Origin: Thermodesulfobacteriota bacterium
GTDB taxonomy: Bacteria > Desulfobacterota > Binatia > Bin18
Direction of reading: 5' to 3'
Length of the DNA stretch: 64,000 bases
Assembly: GCA_964291405.2 (NCBI GenBank)
Contig: OZ219926.1
Location: forward strand, 3,616,001-3,680,000
In this document: in pieces, positions 8,384-17,451 of the stretch
Numbering within the stretch: the first letter of the stretch is position 1
Layout of the letters: the number at the start of each line of letters is the position of its first letter
Position numbers and translations under genes: made by a program
Notes under the pieces: model-generated
Seen by the model: the letters and a program-made list of their open reading frames with translations, nothing else
Told to the model about the DNA's origin: nothing
Databases searched by the model: none

Positions 8384-9976
8384 ATGCAAACTGGAACCTT
8401 GCCTACCCCGATATCGCTGATTCTTGCGAGCGGCCTGCTCGTGCTGGCCGGTGTCTTTTCCGATGCACGCCCGGCCTTTGCGCAGGCGCAACTCGAATGT
8501 CCACTGCCCGCCGGCTTGACTCCGCCTGCGCCTCCACCTGTGACGGCGCAACAGGTGGAAGACGGCAGCGCTACCCTGATGGACTTCGCGCTGGCCGTAA
8601 GAGATCAGTTTGGCCATGGAACAACAACGACGCCGCAACGGACGTTATATGTTGGATGTCTTATCAGACAGGAGGGGAGTGTTTACCGTTCCGGCTCCAC
8701 CTACCTTATCCAACTGAGGCGCGACGGCAGGGTGTTCGTTCACGCGAAGGACATGTCATTGTCGGGCCGGCAACTCAGACCCGTAATTTATGGAGCGATC
8801 CTTCAGGCATTGGGAATCGACCCGGCCGTCCGGACCGACCCTGCTGCGGCCCTGGCCGCCTTCACTGATGCCACCACCGGGGATGGCGGCTCGTTCGACG
8901 TACCCGGTATCCCCGGCGCTTCCGGCCATGCCGCCGTCTATGTCTCGGCCAAATTCGGGAGTCCGGTCGTGCTCCTCGCGGGATTCGATCTCAATGAATC
9001 TCACCTGATTGAAGAAGAAATCGTTCACCTCGACCCGGCCGTTACGGCCAGGGATGTCGTGGACCGAGAAACCTTGAAGGCCTTCGTCACGCAAGCAGGG
9101 GAGTACATTCTCGCACTCGCACAGGAGCAGAATGGCGATATTTTGAAAGCAAAGAACGCCCTGCGGGATCCGAACGGGCCCTGGAGACACGGGCCCGTGT
9201 ACCTCAGCATCTTGAATCCTGCCACCAATCTCATCCTGTTTCACGGCGGGTTTCCGGACCGGCTCGAGCTGCGACGCGGAGGGATTTCCCGCGACATCGC
9301 GACCGGAGAACTCGTCGTGGATCAGCTCATCCGCGCGGCGGAAAGTGGCCCGGAAGGCGGCTTCTGGGAATATTACTTCGACAACCCCGCCGACGATGCC
9401 GACAGCGCCGACGTCCCCAAGGTGGGTTACGCCCGCGTGTTCTCCGGTTCATTCCGGAGAAGAGACGGAACCGAATTCCCAATTAACTTCATCATCAATT
9501 CGGGATTTTATGTGAGCCCAGCGGGCACAGGGGATCTGGTGGGGGTGCTGGAGAATCCGGGGCCGGACTCGTTTCAGAGTGGGGTGAGCGCGCTGTGGGG
9601 CTGGGTATGCGACGCCGCGATGGTGGAGATCGAGATCGAGACCGCGCAGGGGGAGGTCGAGCCGTACAGGGCGATGTATGGCATGGAGCGGTTGGATACG
9701 CAGGCTATCTGTGGAGACACGAATAATGGGTTTGTGTTGTTATTCAACTGGAACCGGTTGGGCGCGGGTGACCACATGGTCACCGCCTTGGTCGACGGGC
9801 TCGAACTGGGCCGGGCGATGGTGCGGGTGACGACCGTAGGCGAGGGGGATCAGGAGGAGTTTCTGCGCGGGGCGATGGGCGAATGTGTGGCGGAGGACTT
9901 CCCGCAGCTGGGGCAGAGTGCCTTATTGGAGTGGCAGCAGAATAGCCAAAACTTCGTCATTACGGATGTTCAGTAG
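8384..9976 (+). CDS. Secreted tandem Cache_2-like domain protein with constant C-terminal module (copy 2)
   Basis: Paralog of copy 1; start MQTGTLPTP after GAGGA. Confidence 0.8.
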   Translation: MQTGTLPTPISLILASGLLVLAGVFSDARPAFAQAQLECPLPAGLTPPAPPPVTAQQVEDGSATLMDFALAVRDQFGHGTTTTPQRTLYVGCLIRQEGSVYRSGSTYLIQLRRDGRVFVHAKDMSLSGRQLRPVIYGAILQALGIDPAVRTDPAAALAAFTDATTGDGGSFDVPGIPGASGHAAVYVSAKFGSPVVLLAGFDLNESHLIEEEIVHLDPAVTARDVVDRETLKAFVTQAGEYILALAQEQNGDILKAKNALRDPNGPWRHGPVYLSILNPATNLILFHGGFPDRLELRRGGISRDIATGELVVDQLIRAAESGPEGGFWEYYFDNPADDADSADVPKVGYARVFSGSFRRRDGTEFPINFIINSGFYVSPAGTGDLVGVLENPGPDSFQSGVSALWGWVCDAAMVEIEIETAQGEVEPYRAMYGMERLDTQAICGDTNNGFVLLFNWNRLGAGDHMVTALVDGLELGRAMVRVTTVGEGDQEEFLRGAMGECVAEDFPQLGQSALLEWQQNSQNFVITDVQ

Positions 9977-10081
9977 GGGCGCCACATGCATTGCCCCTCC
10001 TTATTATTCTGAAACAGCGGCCTCGCCTGGTCGGCGCGACTGTGTCCGTTCAAGACCACGGCCGAGAGCCTGCGGTCACAG
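9486..10081 (+). repeat. ~600-bp direct repeat, copy 2
   Basis: Matches 7620-8215. Confidence 0.9.
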
Positions 10082-10144
10082 ATGCCGAACGGCCATTCGC
10101 GCCCGTGTGAGTGTCACGTACGGGAGCCGAGAGAGGACCCGAAG

Positions 10145-11749
10145 ATGCAAACTGGAACCTTGCCTACCCCGATATCGCTGATTCTTGCGAGCGGCCTGCT
10201 CGTGCTGGCCGGCGTCTTTTCCGATGCACGCCCGGCCTTTGCGCAGGCGCAACTCGAATGTCCACTGCCTGCCGGGGTGACTCCGCCTGCGCCTCCACCT
10301 GTGACGGCGCAACAGGTGGAAGACGGCAGCGGCAGCCTGATGGACTTCGCACTGGCCGTGAGAGACATCTTTGTGAACGAGTCGCAGCAGGGCATTCCGA
10401 CCCTCAAGCAGTTAGCCTACGTTGGATGTCTTTTCAGGCAGGAGGGGGGTCCGTGGCGTTCCGGTTCCACCTACGTCGTGAGACTGGCGCCCAGCGACAG
10501 GGTGTTCATTCACGCGAAGGACATGGCATTGTCCGGCAGGCAAATCAACCCCGTGATTTATGAAGCGATCCTGCACGCATTGGGAATTGATCCGGCCGAC
10601 CTGACCAGCCCGGCGGCGGCCAGGACCGCCTTCGCTGCTGCCGCCACCAGGAATGGCGGTGAATTCAACGTCCCTGATATCCCGGGTGCCTCCGGCTATG
10701 CCATCGGCTTTCTCTCGGGCATCTCGGGGACACCTGTCGTGATGCTTGTCGGATTTGATCTTGACTCGTCTCACTTGTCCGCAGAGGAAATTGAGCATAT
10801 CGAACCGGCCGTTACGGCCAGGGATGTGGTGGATCGGGCAACCTTGAAGGCCTTCGTCACGGCAGCGGGGGAATACTTCGTCGGACTCCTTTCGTCCGGC
10901 GATCTGACCGCGGTCTCGCAAGCCAGGTTCATCCTGCGTGATCCGAACGGACCGTGGAGACATGGGTCCGTCTACGTCGCCATCATGGAACGTGTCAGCA
11001 GGATCATCACGCTTCACGGAGGGTTCCCGGATCGGTTCGAGTTTCGACGCGGAGGGATTGCCACCGACATCGCGACCGGAGAACTCGTCGTGGAGCAGCT
11101 CATCCGCGCGGCGGAAAGTGGCCCGGACGGCGGCTTCTGGGAGTATTACTTCGACAATCCCGCCGACGATGCCGACAGCGCCGACGTCCCCAAGGTGGGT
11201 TACGCCCGCGTGTTCACCGCTCACATCCCGAGGCCGGACGGCAGCATCATCTCGATCGACTACATCGTCAATTCGGGATTTTATGTGAGCCCAGCGGGCA
11301 CAGGGGATCTGGTGGGGGTGCTGGAGAATCCGGGGCCGGACTCGTTTCAGAGTGGGGTGAGCGCGCTGTGGGGCTGGGTATGCGACGCCGCGATGGTGGA
11401 GATCGAGATCGAGACCGCGCAGGGGGAGGTCGAGCCGTACAGGGCGATGTATGGCATGGAGCGGTTGGATACGCAGGATATCTGTGGAGACACGAATAAT
11501 GGGTTTGTGTTGTTATTCAACTGGAACCGGTTGGGCGCGGGTGACCACATGGTCACCGCCTTGGTCGACGGGCTCGAACTGGGCCGGGCGATGGTGCGGG
11601 TGACGACCGTAGGCGAGGGGGATCAGGAGGAGTTTCTGCGCGGGGCGATGGGCGAATGTGTGGCGGAGGACTTCCCGCAGCTGGGGCAGAGTGCCTTATT
11701 GGAGTGGCAGCAGAATAGCCAAAACTTCGTCATTACGAACGTGGAGTGA
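10145..11749 (+). CDS. Secreted tandem Cache_2-like domain protein with constant C-terminal module (copy 3)
   Basis: Paralog of copies 1 and 2. Confidence 0.8.
   Translation: MQTGTLPTPISLILASGLLVLAGVFSDARPAFAQAQLECPLPAGVTPPAPPPVTAQQVEDGSGSLMDFALAVRDIFVNESQQGIPTLKQLAYVGCLFRQEGGPWRSGSTYVVRLAPSDRVFIHAKDMALSGRQINPVIYEAILHALGIDPADLTSPAAARTAFAAAATRNGGEFNVPDIPGASGYAIGFLSGISGTPVVMLVGFDLDSSHLSAEEIEHIEPAVTARDVVDRATLKAFVTAAGEYFVGLLSSGDLTAVSQARFILRDPNGPWRHGSVYVAIMERVSRIITLHGGFPDRFEFRRGGIATDIATGELVVEQLIRAAESGPDGGFWEYYFDNPADDADSADVPKVGYARVFTAHIPRPDGSIISIDYIVNSGFYVSPAGTGDLVGVLENPGPDSFQSGVSALWGWVCDAAMVEIEIETAQGEVEPYRAMYGMERLDTQDICGDTNNGFVLLFNWNRLGAGDHMVTALVDGLELGRAMVRVTTVGEGDQEEFLRGAMGECVAEDFPQLGQSALLEWQQNSQNFVITNVE
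11268..11737 (+). repeat. 470-bp direct repeat, copy 3 (coding part only)
   Basis: Matches 7629-8098 with one substitution (GCT>GAT). Confidence 0.9.
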
Positions 11750-11854
11750 GTGAACAGCGGGGCTTTTTGCGGGCACGAAGCCCACCCACTCCCAGACAGG
11801 AGGCTGATAGTTCCACCGATCCGCCGAGAGCCAAAACCTGTCAGTTTCCCAGGG

Positions 11855-12613
11855 TTACGCCGCGACCGCTCCGCCATCCACGGCCATGGCGTGGCCGGTG
11901 ACAAACGAGGCTGCGTCCGAGCACAACCACACCACGGCCTCGGCGATTTCTTCCGGCTGCCCGGTACGACCAATGGGTTCCGCGGCAATCATTTTATCGA
12001 GGACATCCGGTCGGTTGCCTGAGACTCGATCAACCATGGCTGTCTTGATAACCCCTGGACAGACCGCGTTGATCCGAATACCGGATTTGGCGTATTCAAG
12101 CGCCGCGGTTTTCGTCAGCCCAACCACACCGTGCTTGCTGGCCACATAGGCAGCCATGCGCTTCACGCCGATGAGGCCCGCACCGGAGGCCGTGTTGACA
12201 ATGGCTCCAACCCCTTGCTGGAGCATGTGCGGGATCTCATACTTCATGCACAGCCAGACACCGGTCAGATTAATCTGAATGACCGGGGCCCAGTCCTCTT
12301 CGGCCTGCTCGGCCGTCCTTTTGAGTACACCCTCGATGCCGGCGTTATTATGGGCGTAGTCGAGCCTGCCGTAGGTCTCGACGGTTTTTTCGACCATGGC
12401 CGCTACGGAGGCGGCCTCGCCCATATCGGCCTCAATGAAACACGCTCCCCCACCGGCCCCTGCGATGAGGGATACCGTTTCTTGTCCGCCGACGATATTG
12501 AGATCGGCAACCGCGACTTTGGCGCCGTCACGGGCGAAGGCCAGGGCGGTTGCCCGGCCAATGCCCGAACTACCTCCGGTAACGAGGGCGACTTTACCTG
12601 TCATATCTGTCAT
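11855..12613 (-). CDS. Short-chain dehydrogenase/reductase (paralog 3)
   Basis: TGGSSGIG, NNAG, YVASK. Confidence 0.95.
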   Translation of the reverse strand: MTDMTGKVALVTGGSSGIGRATALAFARDGAKVAVADLNIVGGQETVSLIAGAGGGACFIEADMGEAASVAAMVEKTVETYGRLDYAHNNAGIEGVLKRTAEQAEEDWAPVIQINLTGVWLCMKYEIPHMLQQGVGAIVNTASGAGLIGVKRMAAYVASKHGVVGLTKTAALEYAKSGIRINAVCPGVIKTAMVDRVSGNRPDVLDKMIAAEPIGRTGQPEEIAEAVVWLCSDAASFVTGHAMAVDGGAVAA

Positions 12614-12643
12614 GCCGTGCGCTCCTTAATTTTTGCTGGCGAG

Positions 12644-12727
12644 ATTATCCTGCGAAACGACAGGCGTGTCAAAGCGTCCCGTGGAAGGACGGGCGCAGCT
12701 TGACACGGCTTTCGGTTACGCTAGGGT
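12644..12727. promoter_or_regulatory. Back-to-back sigma70-type promoters
   Basis: Minus strand: TTGACA (12672-12667), 17 nt, GATAAT (12649-12644). Plus strand: TTGACA (12700-12705), 16 nt, TAGGGT. Lies between divergent genes. Confidence 0.55.
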
Positions 12728-12773
12728 GCGGCTGAAGTTGACGCAGCGTCGTGTGTGAAAAAGGAGGGGAACA

Positions 12774-13958
12774 ATGGGCAAGAGTCATCGCCTCATTGAT
12801 AGTGACTCCCATATCCTGGAGCCGCCGGATCTGTTTGAAAAATATCTCGAACCCAAGTTTCGCTCACACATGCCGCAGGCGTGGGTTGACTATCAGGGCG
12901 ACCCGCTCGGCTTTGGCATTTCCGTGACTGTTCCATCGGCCCACGACAAAGAATACGTCATGCCCTTTGGGAGTGATCCCGTCCGAGAGGGCCGGCCCGC
13001 TTTTGGTGATGCCGGTACCCGTATCGTTCTGCCGGAGCATGACGAAGCCTATGCGAGCTTTGCGCGTGAGGGTTTCCCGCCCGAGCACTACGACCTGGCC
13101 CTGGAGCGGGCGGGCATTGATTATATGGTCCTGTATCCGACGGCTGGCCTGTACATGACGGCGGTGCCGGAACTCGAAACGGACACTGCGGCGGCCTATC
13201 GCCGAGCGTATAATAACTGGCTGCATGACTTTTGTTCCGCGGCCGGCAAGCGAGTGGTCGGGGTCGCTTCGGTGGACTTGCGAGACCCCTTTGAGGCGGC
13301 AAAAGAGGCCCGCCGTTGTGTCAAAGAGTTCGACTTCAAGGCGGTGCACATCAACCCGACCCCGGTCGGAAAACATCGTTTATACGACGAATTTTACGAT
13401 CCGCTGTGGACCGCCCTGGAAGACCTCGATGTCCCGCTGGGCATCCATGTCGCCGCCGGCAACGCCGCGGACGAGATGCTGTATTACTACTTGCCCGAAC
13501 TCCGTGTTGCGCAAGGCACGGTGGCGTTCACCATTGGCAATATGCTGGCCAGCACGGCGCTGATTATGGGAGGCGTATTGGAGCGTCATCCCAGGCTGCG
13601 GGTGGTCCATCTTGAGTCAGGCGCGGGCTGGGTGGCCTTTTGGCTGGACCGTCTCGGGGCCGGCGTCCAGGGCGGCTTTCGAGGGCTGGCCATTGACGGG
13701 CTGAGCATGGCACCGCTCGATTACTTCCAGCGCCAGTGCTATATCGCCGCCGACCAGGATGACCCCGGTATCGTCCAGGTGATCGCCACTCTGGGCGACG
13801 ACAATATCGTTACCGCCACTGATTTCGGCCATCCCGAAGGCCGCCTGTATGCGCGGGCGACCGAGGAGTTGCTCGGTCTGCCCGATGTCTCAGACGAGAG
13901 CAAGCACAAGATCATGTGGGATAACGCGCTCAAACTGTATCCGATTCAGCCGGAGTAG
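12774..13958 (+). CDS. Amidohydrolase_2 family protein
   Basis: IDSDSHILEP, YNNWL, ERHPRLRVVHLESGAGW, ATDFGH. Confidence 0.9.
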   Translation: MGKSHRLIDSDSHILEPPDLFEKYLEPKFRSHMPQAWVDYQGDPLGFGISVTVPSAHDKEYVMPFGSDPVREGRPAFGDAGTRIVLPEHDEAYASFAREGFPPEHYDLALERAGIDYMVLYPTAGLYMTAVPELETDTAAAYRRAYNNWLHDFCSAAGKRVVGVASVDLRDPFEAAKEARRCVKEFDFKAVHINPTPVGKHRLYDEFYDPLWTALEDLDVPLGIHVAAGNAADEMLYYYLPELRVAQGTVAFTIGNMLASTALIMGGVLERHPRLRVVHLESGAGWVAFWLDRLGAGVQGGFRGLAIDGLSMAPLDYFQRQCYIAADQDDPGIVQVIATLGDDNIVTATDFGHPEGRLYARATEELLGLPDVSDESKHKIMWDNALKLYPIQPE

Positions 13959-13973
13959 GGAGGGAGGAGCACA

Positions 13974-14321
13974 GTGGGACTCTATCGCCTGTACACCGGG
14001 GACGACGGCCAGTCGCATTTCGAAGACCAGAGCCTGGCCTCGCATCCAGGCCTGACCGAGCCGCAGGCCACGTCACATATCTCTTTTGTCGAAGTACCGG
14101 TCGGGACCTTTATGGACTGGCATCCTGCGCCGCGCCGGCAGTACGTGATTATTCTCTCCGGTCAACTGGAAATCGGCTTAGGCGACGGCACCACCCGGCG
14201 CTTCGGTCCCGGCGATGCCCGCCTGGTTGAAGACACGACCGGTCAGGGTCATACCACTCGAGTGGTGAGTGACGAGCCGGTGGTGATGGGTATCATTCCG
14301 TTGGCCTCCTTGGCCGAGTAA
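13974..14321 (+). CDS. Cupin-domain protein
   Basis: LYTGDDGQSHF, DWHPAPRRQY, EDTTGQGH. Confidence 0.85.
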   Translation: MGLYRLYTGDDGQSHFEDQSLASHPGLTEPQATSHISFVEVPVGTFMDWHPAPRRQYVIILSGQLEIGLGDGTTRRFGPGDARLVEDTTGQGHTTRVVSDEPVVMGIIPLASLAE

Positions 14322-14337
14322 ATGGTTTGATTTGACC

Positions 14338-14365
14338 GCAGGGGTCATTCATGAATGACCCCTAC
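14338..14365. repeat. REP-type palindrome between convergent genes (possible bidirectional terminator)
   Basis: AGGGGTCATTCATGAATGACCCCT is a perfect palindrome with GTAG/CTAC-type ends. Confidence 0.75.
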
Positions 14366-14386
14366 CGATAGTTGAGACGGGTGAAA

Positions 14387-14920
14387 TCAGGAGCCCGCTC
14401 GCCCCGTCACTTTTTCAACCATCTGACCGAACACGGCCTCGGCCCGTCCGTGGACCTCTTCCGGTGTGAGCGGTTGGATGGGATGCTCCACCAGGATGAC
14501 CTTGAAGTCCGGCATGCCGAGCGCCCTGGCCTGCGCAAGGGCGGCATTGGAAAACTCGGTCGTGGCAAACACCGCAGAGGGGATACCGGCTTTTTCAAAA
14601 AAGATGCCGTCGTGCACACTGCACGTTGTACACGACCCTCAATCGGCCAGGGCTTCTATCAGAAAATCGCACTTTTGGGCCAGTTCCTGACGAATGTCCT
14701 CCGGTGCCGGACGGGCGAACGTGGGCTTCATGCGCCGGATGACTGCGCGCGGCTGAAAGTGCGCGGTCAACATTGCTTCCACGCGGTCCAGGAAAAAATT
14801 GCCCTTGGCCTTGCTGATGTCGAGCAGGCCAACAGTCTTGTCGCGCAAGTCCGGTAAACGGGCCGCGAGCGCCGCGGCGGCCTGCTTCGGGGCTGCGGTC
14901 GGGTCATAGAGTTTTGACAT
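14387..14920 (-). CDS. UGSC-family selenoprotein (in-frame TGA = Sec; thioredoxin-like)
   Basis: ORFs 14639-14920 and 14387-14617 are in frame across TGA 14641-14639: EALAD-U-GSCTTCSVHDG. Confidence 0.88.
14607..14638 (-). promoter_or_regulatory. Putative bacterial SECIS hairpin
   Basis: Directly 3' of the UGA: GUCGUGUACA-ACGUGCAG-UGUGCACGAC forms a 10-bp stem. Confidence 0.65.
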
Positions 14921-14942
14921 GTGGTTCTCCTCTTGAGGGCGT

Positions 14943-16001
14943 TTATGTCTCTATAGGTACGGTCACCAGATCACTCCGCCCGGCGCCGCCCCCCCAGCCG
15001 CACATATGCACGGAAAAGCGTCCGGCCGTCCCGCCGGCCACGACAATAATAATGCCGTCCGGCGAGGACACTTTCGGGATCAGGCTGAAGTCGTCTGCGG
15101 CGTTTAGCCAGCCGGGCAGGTTGGCTCGGTTCACGCCTTCACTGCCGTCCGGTCCGGGGAGGAGTTCGTGCAACGGCCGCCGGACGTTCTCGTACAAATA
15201 TCGCTTGACGTCCTGTTTGTTCATGCCGTCCGCGGCAATGCTGTTGGCGTGTTCGGGACCCAGCACGACAATATAGTTGCCGGCCAGATAGGTCTTATCG
15301 CTCCAGCCGACGGCCATGCTGGCCCCGAGGGTGTCCAGAATGCCACGTGCCGTACGGCTGCCGTGGTTGCTCACACACTGCGGAGCGTCGCAGCAATAGA
15401 CGCTGATAGTGCTCTGCTCCGGCTCGTAGCCGTGCTCAACGTGGAGGGGGTCCCACGGGTTCTGTTCTTCGTACTCGCCTATGCAATAGGTGTACTTGCC
15501 GGGATGGCCCATGGTTGATTTATCGATCTCGCCCGGATGCGCCCCGCCGATATTAATCATGATCAGGCGCAGCGCCCGACCGATGGTCGCATTGGCCCGC
15601 CAGCCCGAACCAAACACGCCGGCCGCACAGTTCATATCAAGCTGCTGGCGGATTGGGCCGTTGACGATAAACAGCGGCGTGGCCGTGTGGGTGGTGCCCT
15701 GCACACCGTGCAGATTGGCCCGTTCGTCGCACATGGCCCGCACGCCAGCAATCACGACCGGCAGGAATGCCGGCTTGCAGCCGGCCATGACCGCATTCAC
15801 GGCGATCTTCTCGACCGAGGCTTCACCAAAATTGGGCGGCACGAGTGCAACCATTTCGTCCGCGGCCTGTGAGGTGGCGGCCAGCATGAGTTGCATGCGT
15901 TCTTCCGTTGGAGGGACAACGGGCAGCCCGTCGGTAACGCCCTGCTCGAAGTAGTATTCGATGGCGTCGAGTTCCGCGTCCAGGGGCGTGTCGTGTGACA
16001 T
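14943..16001 (-). CDS. UGSC-associated conserved protein (TDGLPVVPPT family)
   Basis: GVTDGLPVVPPT, EKIAVNAVMAGC, RANATIGRALRL; immediately upstream of the UGSC gene. Confidence 0.8.
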   Translation of the reverse strand: MSHDTPLDAELDAIEYYFEQGVTDGLPVVPPTEERMQLMLAATSQAADEMVALVPPNFGEASVEKIAVNAVMAGCKPAFLPVVIAGVRAMCDERANLHGVQGTTHTATPLFIVNGPIRQQLDMNCAAGVFGSGWRANATIGRALRLIMINIGGAHPGEIDKSTMGHPGKYTYCIGEYEEQNPWDPLHVEHGYEPEQSTISVYCCDAPQCVSNHGSRTARGILDTLGASMAVGWSDKTYLAGNYIVVLGPEHANSIAADGMNKQDVKRYLYENVRRPLHELLPGPDGSEGVNRANLPGWLNAADDFSLIPKVSSPDGIIIVVAGGTAGRFSVHMCGWGGGAGRSDLVTVPIET

Positions 16002-16102
16002 GGTGCTCTGTTATTTCTCTTGGGCTTTCCGTCCGAATCAGCTATACCCCAACCAGGTGGCTGATTCAAACAGCACACGCTCAGCAAACAAGGAGACGGA
16101 GC

Positions 16103-17161
16103 ATGGCCAGCGTATTCAACGACTACTACTCGCACGAGAACCACGGCCCGTTTGAGCTGTTCGATCTCGGCAATTTTTCCCTGGAAGAAGGCGGAACCCT
16201 GCACGACGGCAAGCTCGCCTATACCACCCAGGGAACGCTGAGCGCCCAAAAGGACAATGCCATCCTCATGCCGACCTGGTACTCGGGAACCAGCAAGATC
16301 ATGGCTGACGTCCATGTGGGCAAAGGCCGGGCCATCGACCCGGACAAATACTTCGTCATTATCGCCAACCAACTCGGCAACGGTCTGTCAAGTTCGCCGT
16401 CCAATACGCCCGCTCCGTTCAATATGGCGCGTTTCCCGCACATTCGGATCGGCGACGATGTCCGCGCCCAGCATAAGCTGCTGACCGAACAGTTTGGTAT
16501 TGAACGCCTGGAACTGGTGTGTGGCGGCTCCATGGGTGCCCAACAGACCTATGAGTGGGCGGTGCGCTATCCTGACATGGTAAAGCGCGCGGCCCCGCTG
16601 GCCGGCACGGCCAAGAATACACCGCACGACTTTCTGTACGTTGAGACCCTAAACGAGGCCATCACCTCGGACCCGGCCTGGAATAACGGCTGGTATACCG
16701 ACCCGCACGCGGTCCAGGTCGGACTGCGTCGCCAGGCCCGCCTGTGGTCAGTGATGGGCTTCTGTACCGAGCTGTTCAAGCAGGAACCCTGGCGGGAGTT
16801 GGGCTTCTCTTCCACCGAAGACTTTGTGGTCGGTTTTGTTGAAAACTATTTTCTGCCCATGGACCCGAATAACCTGCTGTGCATGGCCTGGAAATGGCAG
16901 CGGGGAGATGTCAGCCGGCATACCGGTGGCGATCTCAAACAGGCGCTTGAGCGGATTCGGGCAAAAGTGTTTGTCATGCCGATTGACGAAGACATGTTTT
17001 TCCCGCCGCGTGACTGTGAGGCCGAACAGCAACTCATTCCGAACAGCGAATTCCGGGTGCTTCATAGCATCTACGGCCACCTCGGGCTGTTTGGCATCGA
17101 GCCGGACTATCTGAAACAGATCGACCGGCACCTGAGCGAGCTGCTGACGATACCGGTCTAA
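16103..17161 (+). CDS. Homoserine-acetyltransferase-like acetyl esterase (MekB/CgHle type alpha/beta hydrolase)
   Basis: YY..ENHGPFEL, PTWYSGTSK, GGSMG nucleophile elbow, MDPNNLL.MAWKWQRGDVSRHTGGDL, GHLGLFG. Confidence 0.85.
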   Translation: MASVFNDYYSHENHGPFELFDLGNFSLEEGGTLHDGKLAYTTQGTLSAQKDNAILMPTWYSGTSKIMADVHVGKGRAIDPDKYFVIIANQLGNGLSSSPSNTPAPFNMARFPHIRIGDDVRAQHKLLTEQFGIERLELVCGGSMGAQQTYEWAVRYPDMVKRAAPLAGTAKNTPHDFLYVETLNEAITSDPAWNNGWYTDPHAVQVGLRRQARLWSVMGFCTELFKQEPWRELGFSSTEDFVVGFVENYFLPMDPNNLLCMAWKWQRGDVSRHTGGDLKQALERIRAKVFVMPIDEDMFFPPRDCEAEQQLIPNSEFRVLHSIYGHLGLFGIEPDYLKQIDRHLSELLTIPV

Positions 17162-17201
17162 CAAATTGCGATACGTACCCCTGGAGATTGACGAGGAAAC
17201 C

Positions 17202-17420
17202 ATGACTGAGTTTGAAACAGCAACGATTGCTTTGCAACACGCTTCACTCCAGGCCATGTATGTCCAGGCTGGGATAGCTGGACTGGTGGGCTTGATCCAA
17301 TGCGGCTTGATTGCCTGGGGCTTGCGGTTAATACGCCAGAGCGCACGCAATCGTGACCAGCAGCATGAGGCAAACATGCTGGCCTTGCGGACGCTAATCG
17401 AGCGGACGGCCCAGCGGTGA
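17202..17420 (+). CDS. Small single-TM hypothetical protein
   Basis: GAGGA RBS; one hydrophobic segment; C-terminal ALRTLIERT. Confidence 0.6.
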   Translation: MTEFETATIALQHASLQAMYVQAGIAGLVGLIQCGLIAWGLRLIRQSARNRDQQHEANMLALRTLIERTAQR

Positions 17421-17451
17421 CGAAAACCAGGGTGGCGGTTCTAGTGACCGT

